This document shows positions 35,968 to 41,383 of a DNA stretch of 41,383 nucleotides, piece by piece. The stretch comes from a bacterium. GTDB taxonomy: Bacteria; UBA10199; 2-02-FULL-44-16; DYJF01. The translations under genes and the position numbers were made by a program. The stretch's first letter is position 1. The number at the start of each line of letters is the position of its first letter. The stretch is taken from contig JBGSNL010000062.1 in the NCBI GenBank assembly GCA_041739675.1, positions 1 through 41,383 of the forward strand, given 5' to 3'. The notes under the pieces were generated by a model. That model did no database searches. It was not told where the DNA came from and worked only from the letters and a program-made list of their open reading frames with translations.

Positions 35968-37947
35968 CTAGAGACCCAAAGAACGCTTTTCGAGAGCGGA
36001 TATCCGGTCCCTTATCTCGGCGGCCCGCTCAAATTCCAGGCGTTTGGCGGCGCCTATCATCTCGCGGCGGAGGCGCTCCACCGTCTTCGGAATGTCCTCC
36101 AACGCAACTTCCTCTTCGCCCTCAGGAGCCGGTAAAACGGGGTAATCGGCCTCATATATGGAATGGAGCACGTCGCTTATTTTCTTTTTGATCGTCTCGG
36201 GGGTGATACCGTTTTTCTTATTATAGGCGGCTTGCAGTTTCCGGCGGCGGGAGGTCTCGCTCATGGCCCGCTTCATGGAATCCGTCATCTTATCGGCATA
36301 CAAAATGACGCTTCCGTTGACGTTCCTGGCCGTGCGGCCGAATGTCTGGATAAGAGACCTCTCCGATCTCAAAAACCCTTCTTTGTCCGCATCGAGGATG
36401 GCAACCAGAGAAACTTCAGGAAGATCCAATCCCTCGCGCAGGAGATTGATCCCCACCAAAACGTCAAACTCCCCTTTACGCAGCGAACGAATGATCTCGA
36501 TGCGTTCAAGCGATTCGATGTCGGAGTGGAGATAACGAACTTTGACCCCGTGTTCTCTTAGATAAACGGCGAGCTCTTCTGCCATTCTTTTCGTGAGTGT
36601 GGTTACAAGCACACGTTCGCCTACGTCGGTGCGCTTTCGAATTTCATTCAAAAGATCGTCTATCTGCCCTTCGGTCTTTCTCACCTCGACTTTGGGATCC
36701 ATGAGGCCGGTGGGCCTCACGATTTGCTCCACCACTTTCTTTCCCACTTTTTTCATTTCAAAGTCTGCCGGAGTCGCGGAGACATAGACGACCTGATTCG
36801 TCAGCTTTTCAAACTCTTCGAACTTGAGCGGGCGGTTGTCGAGCGCGGATGGAAGCCTGAAACCATATTCAACGAGCGTTCCTTTGCGCGAGCGGTCCCC
36901 GTGATACATGCCACCTATCTGCGGAACAGAGATGTGGCTCTCATCTATGAAGAGGAGAAAATCTTTTGGAAAATACTCAATCAGTGTGGGGGGCGGCTCG
37001 CCGGGCTTGCGGCCGGTGAGATAGCGCGAATAATTTTCGATCCCTTTGCAATAGCCCATCTCTTCAATCATCTCGAGATCGTATTTTGTGCGCTGCTCGA
37101 TTCTCGCCTTTTCGAGAACTTTATTGTTTTCGTGAAAATATTTGATGCGCGACGCAAGCTCCTCTTTGATTTCCTCCGCGGCTTTTTTCAAGCGCTCTTC
37201 CGGTGTGACATAGTGGCTGCCGGGATAAACCGCCACCTCTTTCAGTTCACCTATTTTGTTCGCCGTTAGCGGATCGATCTCGACAATTCTCTGGAGCTCA
37301 TCGCCGAAGAATTCAAAACGAACTGCTTTTGCATCTTCATATGCCGGAATTATTTCGGCGACGTCGCCGCGCACTCTGAATGTGCCGCGATGGAAATCGT
37401 AATCGTTTCTCTGATATTGAATCTCGACGAGTCTTGATAAAAGCTCCTGACGATCCATCATCTTCCCCGCCTCAAGGCGCACAAGCATCCCCTGATAGGC
37501 CTCCGGCGAGCCCAGGCCATAGATGCATGAGACTGACGCCACGATTATGACGTCGCGTCTTGTCAAAAGACTGTGCGTCGCGGAATGGCGAAGCTTATCT
37601 ATCTGCTCATTTATAGCGGAATCTTTTTCTATGTAGAGATCCTGTGCGGGAAGATACGCCTCGGGTTGGTAGTAATCGTAATAGCTTATAAAATATTCGA
37701 CAGCATTTTCAGGAAAGAGTTCTTTGAATTCCGCGAAAAGTTGAGCCGCCAGCGTCTTATTGGGGGCCATGACAAGCGCGGGCCTTCCCACTTTGGCGAT
37801 AACATTAGCCATCGTGAAGGTCTTGCCGGAGCCGGTCACGCCCATCAAAACCTGATGTTTTTTTCCGGAAAGAACACCTTCGGTGAGTTTTTCTATCGCC
37901 TGCGGCTGATCGCCCTTGGGCTCAAATTCTGTGATAAGTTTGAACAT
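35968..37947 (-). CDS. uvrB: Excinuclease ABC subunit B
   Basis: [46 protein letters not shown] and [11 protein letters not shown]. Confidence 0.98.
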   Translation of the reverse strand: MFKLITEFEPKGDQPQAIEKLTEGVLSGKKHQVLMGVTGSGKTFTMANVIAKVGRPALVMAPNKTLAAQLFAEFKELFPENAVEYFISYYDYYQPEAYLPAQDLYIEKDSAINEQIDKLRHSATHSLLTRRDVIIVASVSCIYGLGSPEAYQGMLVRLEAGKMMDRQELLSRLVEIQYQRNDYDFHRGTFRVRGDVAEIIPAYEDAKAVRFEFFGDELQRIVEIDPLTANKIGELKEVAVYPGSHYVTPEERLKKAAEEIKEELASRIKYFHENNKVLEKARIEQRTKYDLEMIEEMGYCKGIENYSRYLTGRKPGEPPPTLIEYFPKDFLLFIDESHISVPQIGGMYHGDRSRKGTLVEYGFRLPSALDNRPLKFEEFEKLTNQVVYVSATPADFEMKKVGKKVVEQIVRPTGLMDPKVEVRKTEGQIDDLLNEIRKRTDVGERVLVTTLTKRMAEELAVYLREHGVKVRYLHSDIESLERIEIIRSLRKGEFDVLVGINLLREGLDLPEVSLVAILDADKEGFLRSERSLIQTFGRTARNVNGSVILYADKMTDSMKRAMSETSRRRKLQAAYNKKNGITPETIKKKISDVLHSIYEADYPVLPAPEGEEEVALEDIPKTVERLRREMIGAAKRLEFERAAEIRDRISALEKRSLGL

Positions 37948-37953
37948 GGTGGG

Positions 37954-39432
37954 CTACGATTTTACGGTCCACTCCGTTTTTCCATCCGGACGGTCGTTTA
38001 ACTCCACTTTCATTGCATTGAGTTCGTTTCTGATTTCGTCGGCACGGGCAAAATTCTTGGATTTCCTCGCATCGGTCCGCTCGCCTATCAACGATTCGAT
38101 TTTCGATGCGTCGAGATTGTAGCGTTTGATTCCGAACTGCTTTCGTCTTTCGCGGAACACAACCGGATCGGAGACGAAAAATCCCAAAACGCTGCCGATA
38201 GAATTCGTAGCTTCCATAAAGGAAGCACAGATATTCTTCGATACATCGGTAACATTTTTCTTTTTTGCAGTGACGTAGCCCGAAACCTCGTTCATGATTT
38301 CAAACACCGCACCCACAGCGCCGGCAGTGTTGAAATCGTCGTCCATCATATCTTCAAAATTCTTTTTGAGGGATTCGACTTTTTTCAGAAGGTCACCCTC
38401 ACCCTGACCCTCTCCCCTCGAAGGAGAGGGGGTCGGAAACTCGGCGCATTTTTTTATCTGATCCAGAGACGTGTAGAAGCCGACGAGGGCGCGCTCGGCG
38501 TTATTTATGTTTTCCTCCGTGTAATCGATTGGCGAACGATAGTGGCTGGACAAGATGAAATAGCGGATCACTTCCGGATCGAAAATCTCCCTGATCTCTT
38601 TTATCGCCTTGATGTTGCCCAGCGACTTGGACATCTTTTCCGCATTGATATTGATGAATCCGTTGTGGAGCCAGTATTTTACGAATTGGCAACCGCACGC
38701 ACCCTCCGCCTGCGCAATCTCATTTTCGTGATGCGGGAAGACCAGATCGCGCCCTCCGCCGTGGATGTCAAATGGCTGGCCAAGATATTTTGCGCTCATG
38801 GCGGAGCACTCGATGTGCCAGCCGGGACGCCCCTCTCCCCAGGGGGATGCCCACTTGGGTTCGCCGGGCTTGGAGGCCTTCCAGAGCGCAAAGTCCAAAG
38901 GATCCTTCTTTTTCTCGTCGACTTCGACGCGCGCGCCGGATTCGAGATCTTCTATATTTTTTCCGGAAAGCTTTCCGTATCCGACAAACTTTCTGACGGA
39001 AAAATAGACGCTTCCTTCCAATTCGTAAGCGAGCCCGCGGTCTATCAATTTTTTCACCGCCTCGATCATCTCCGGAATATGCTCCGTTGCTTTCGGCGCG
39101 ATATCGGGAAGCGCAACGCCAAGCCCGCCCATGTCCTCTTCGTATTCTTTAATGTAGCGCTCCGAAATCTCCCCGCACGAGACGCCCTCTTTGTTCGCAC
39201 GATTGATGATCTTGTCGTCTACGTCTGTGTAGTTGCGCACGTAGGTAACGTCATAACTTTTGTAGCGAAGATAGCGGACTATGGTGTCGAAGACGACGGC
39301 CGCACGCGCATGGCCGAGATGGCATGAATCGTATGCGGTAATGCCGCAGACGTACATCCCGACTTTTTTATCCTTTATCGGAACGAACTCCTCTTTTTTC
39401 CGCGTTAAAGTGTTGTAGAGTGTCAGCCCCAT
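37954..39432 (-). CDS. cysS: Cysteine--tRNA ligase, carrying an in-frame repeat-derived insertion
   Basis: YVCGITAYDSCHLGH, GRPGWHIECS, DIHGGGRDLVFPHHENE, KMSKS and DDFNT. Confidence 0.97.
   Translation of the reverse strand: MGLTLYNTLTRKKEEFVPIKDKKVGMYVCGITAYDSCHLGHARAAVVFDTIVRYLRYKSYDVTYVRNYTDVDDKIINRANKEGVSCGEISERYIKEYEEDMGGLGVALPDIAPKATEHIPEMIEAVKKLIDRGLAYELEGSVYFSVRKFVGYGKLSGKNIEDLESGARVEVDEKKKDPLDFALWKASKPGEPKWASPWGEGRPGWHIECSAMSAKYLGQPFDIHGGGRDLVFPHHENEIAQAEGACGCQFVKYWLHNGFININAEKMSKSLGNIKAIKEIREIFDPEVIRYFILSSHYRSPIDYTEENINNAERALVGFYTSLDQIKKCAEFPTPSPSRGEGQGEGDLLKKVESLKKNFEDMMDDDFNTAGAVGAVFEIMNEVSGYVTAKKKNVTDVSKNICASFMEATNSIGSVLGFFVSDPVVFRERRKQFGIKRYNLDASKIESLIGERTDARKSKNFARADEIRNELNAMKVELNDRPDGKTEWTVKS
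38396..38432 (+). repeat. BoxC/REP-like CCCTCACCC...CCCTCTCC-loop-GGAGAGGG repeat inside cysS
   Basis: CCCTCACCCTGACCCTCTCCCCTCGAAGGAGAGGGGG, read on the minus strand as PSPSRGEGQGEG. Confidence 0.75.
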
Positions 39433-39433
39433 T

Positions 39434-39907
39434 TTATCTCTCCAGCATCACGATTGCCTGAACTGCTATTGCTTCGCCTTTTCCTATTGAATCCAGTTCC
39501 TCGTTGGATCTTGCCTTGAGGCTAACGTGGCCCAGCTCCACTCCCAGAATACCCGCAACCCTTTCACGCATCTTTTTTATGTGCGGCGCAAGTTTTGGTT
39601 TTTGAAGTATGACGTTCGCATCCACATTCGATATGCGGTAACCCATCTCGGAGACCATCTTTGAAACGCTCTCCAGAATTTTTGCGCTGTCGTAATTTTT
39701 AAATTTCGGATCGGTGTCGGGAAAATGTGTTCCGATATCCCCGTGGGCCATGGCGCCCAGCATCGCGTCTGCGATCGCGTGCAAAAGCGCATCGCCGTCG
39801 GAATGTCCCAAGAGCCCCTTCTCAAAAGGTATCTCAACGCCGCCCAACATCAACTTTCTGCCCGCGACCAGCTTGTGAATGTCGTAACCGATTCCCACTC
39901 TTTGCAT
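39434..39907 (-). CDS. ispF: 2-C-methyl-D-erythritol 2,4-cyclodiphosphate synthase
   Basis: RVGIGYDIH, GHSDGD and DIGTHFPD. Confidence 0.97.
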   Translation of the reverse strand: MQRVGIGYDIHKLVAGRKLMLGGVEIPFEKGLLGHSDGDALLHAIADAMLGAMAHGDIGTHFPDTDPKFKNYDSAKILESVSKMVSEMGYRISNVDANVILQKPKLAPHIKKMRERVAGILGVELGHVSLKARSNEELDSIGKGEAIAVQAIVMLER

Positions 39908-39916
39908 ACTTAACCC

Positions 39917-40612
39917 CTATTTGTACCAAGACTTCGCAATCGCTTCCGCCGTGATCATGTCTTCAGGCGTCGTGATTTTTATGTTGAGGTAATCCCCCTC
40001 TATCACTTTCACCTTTTCGCCGATGTGTTCGATGAGCATCGCATCGTCTGTGCCGTAAAAATTATCTTCGTACGCGCTCTTGATCGCCCTTTTCAACGCT
40101 TGCAGACGAAATGCCTGGGGCGTCTGCGCACCCCAAAGATGGCTGCGATCGACCGTTTCGTCTACGCTTCCATCCGAGGATACCTTCTTTACGGTCTCTT
40201 TGATCGGGGCCGCAATGACAGCCGCTCCAAATTCGTGCGCGACCTGAATCGACTTTTCAATAAGCTCTTTGGCGATGAATGGCCGACAACCGTCATGGAC
40301 CAAAACCACGTCAAAATCTGCCGGCACAAGTTTTAGCCCGTTTCTCACCGAATCCTGACGCTTTTCTCCGCCAGTAGCAATTTCAATGAAGCTCAAGTCA
40401 TAATCGTAGGCCTTGAGAACGTCGTCTCTGAACGATGGGGCAAAATCGACCGGCAGAACGACTATGACCTTTTTTATCTCATCGATGCCCAAAAATCTGT
40501 CCATGACATGGCAGATCATGGGTTTTCCCAAGAATTCCAGATACTGCTTGGGCTTGTCTTTGCCCATCCTCTTGCCTATTCCACCTGCCGCTATGATGAC
40601 CGCCGCTTTCAT
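39917..40612 (-). CDS. ispD: 2-C-methyl-D-erythritol 4-phosphate cytidylyltransferase
   Basis: AAGGIGKRM...PKQY, RQDSV, VHDGCRP, QTPQAF, TDDA and NIKITTPED. Confidence 0.97.
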   Translation of the reverse strand: MKAAVIIAAGGIGKRMGKDKPKQYLEFLGKPMICHVMDRFLGIDEIKKVIVVLPVDFAPSFRDDVLKAYDYDLSFIEIATGGEKRQDSVRNGLKLVPADFDVVLVHDGCRPFIAKELIEKSIQVAHEFGAAVIAAPIKETVKKVSSDGSVDETVDRSHLWGAQTPQAFRLQALKRAIKSAYEDNFYGTDDAMLIEHIGEKVKVIEGDYLNIKITTPEDMITAEAIAKSWYK

Positions 40613-40628
40613 AGGCTCCTTTTAAGCC

Positions 40629-40671
40629 AAAAAAACAGCGGGGTGGCAAGATATTTCACCTGCCACCCCGC
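40629..40671 (-). terminator. Terminator-like hairpin between carD and ispD
   Basis: Minus strand GCGGGGTGGCAG-loop-TTGCCACCCCGC-TGTTTTTTT. Confidence 0.7.
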
Positions 40672-40697
40672 ATATACCCCCCTTTAAGGGGCCCCTT

Positions 40698-41207
40698 TTA
40701 TGCTTCAAATATCTTGTCTATCTCATCTGCAATGGCTGTTTCATCTTCATCCTGGGCGATCGCCAACTCTTTAATGATAAGGCTTCTGGCGGTATCGAGC
40801 ATCTTGCGCTCGCCGAAGGAGAGTTCTTTTTCGTAGCGCAAAAGCATCAGATCGCGAAGAACTTCTGCTATTTCATAGACCGAACCGGTCTTGATCTTGT
40901 CCATATATTCGCGATAGCGGCGGTTCCACGTCTGTTCATTGATGGAGATATCGCGCTCGCGCAGAATGGCATAGACTGCCTCAACTTCCCCCTCATTTAT
41001 CACTTCCCTGAGACCCACGTTTCTCACGTTGGCCGTCGGGACCATGATCGTCATGCCGCTGTCCAGGATCTTCAGGATGTAGAAACGCTGCGTAGAGCCC
41101 GCAATTTCCCTCTCCTCGATTGAAGAGACCTTTCCCACCCCATGGGCCGGATAAACCGCTACATCGCCCACCTTGAACTCAGGATTCAGCATCGATCTCT
41201 TTTCCAT
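40698..41207 (-). CDS. carD: CarD/CdnL-family RNA-polymerase-binding factor
   Basis: FKVGDVAVYPAHGVG, VGLR, WNRRYREYMDKIKTG and LSFGERKML; GGAGGG RBS; lies upstream of ispDF-cysS. Confidence 0.95.
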   Translation of the reverse strand: MEKRSMLNPEFKVGDVAVYPAHGVGKVSSIEEREIAGSTQRFYILKILDSGMTIMVPTANVRNVGLREVINEGEVEAVYAILRERDISINEQTWNRRYREYMDKIKTGSVYEIAEVLRDLMLLRYEKELSFGERKMLDTARSLIIKELAIAQDEDETAIADEIDKIFEA

Positions 41208-41323
41208 AAAAACCCCTCCTTTATTTTCAACTCCTGACCGTCAGTACTCCCCAAAGCCCAACAGCCGGATGTCTCAACAATTTCAACTACTTAACTCACT
41301 TTTGTCCTTCAGCAAGATGCGCA

Positions 41324-41352
41324 TGTATAACATACGAAACCGACCCAGTCAA
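41324..41352 (-). promoter_or_regulatory. Candidate sigma-70 promoter for carD
   Basis: Minus strand TTGACT-N17-TATACA with TG preceding the -10. Confidence 0.4.
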
Positions 41353-41383
41353 CTTACAACGCCCTGTTTTTTAAAAAGATTTT

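Overview
A 41.4 kb chromosomal segment, most likely from a deltaproteobacteria-like organism (Myxococcota/Bdellovibrionota-related). This assignment is inferred from the carD(cdnL)-ispD-ispF-cysS and pilD-HTH-TPR-SgmX-like-ExeA gene orders. The right two-thirds is mostly housekeeping: hisS, aspS, gatCAB, mtnA, uvrB, uvrC, cysS, ispDF, carD and part of a type IV pilus accessory locus. The left third is accessory: a B12-dependent radical SAM enzyme coupled to an HExxH protein, an orphan PhnD-like binding protein with a DMT-like membrane protein, two tandem paralogous P-loop kinases, and a two-gene Bfu/Stn-like flavin/Fe-S oxidoreductase. Non-coding features include four different 150-200 bp fold-back elements (one a clean MITE with a TAA target duplication), a BoxC/REP-like repeat inserted in frame within cysS, and three sigma-54 promoters each preceding an orphan gene. 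Three sites look like single-base deletions (RMD1 gene, radical SAM 3' end, aspS start) and may be assembly errors. I found no rRNA, tRNA, CRISPR array or transposase. All family calls come from motif recognition by eye, not from database searches.
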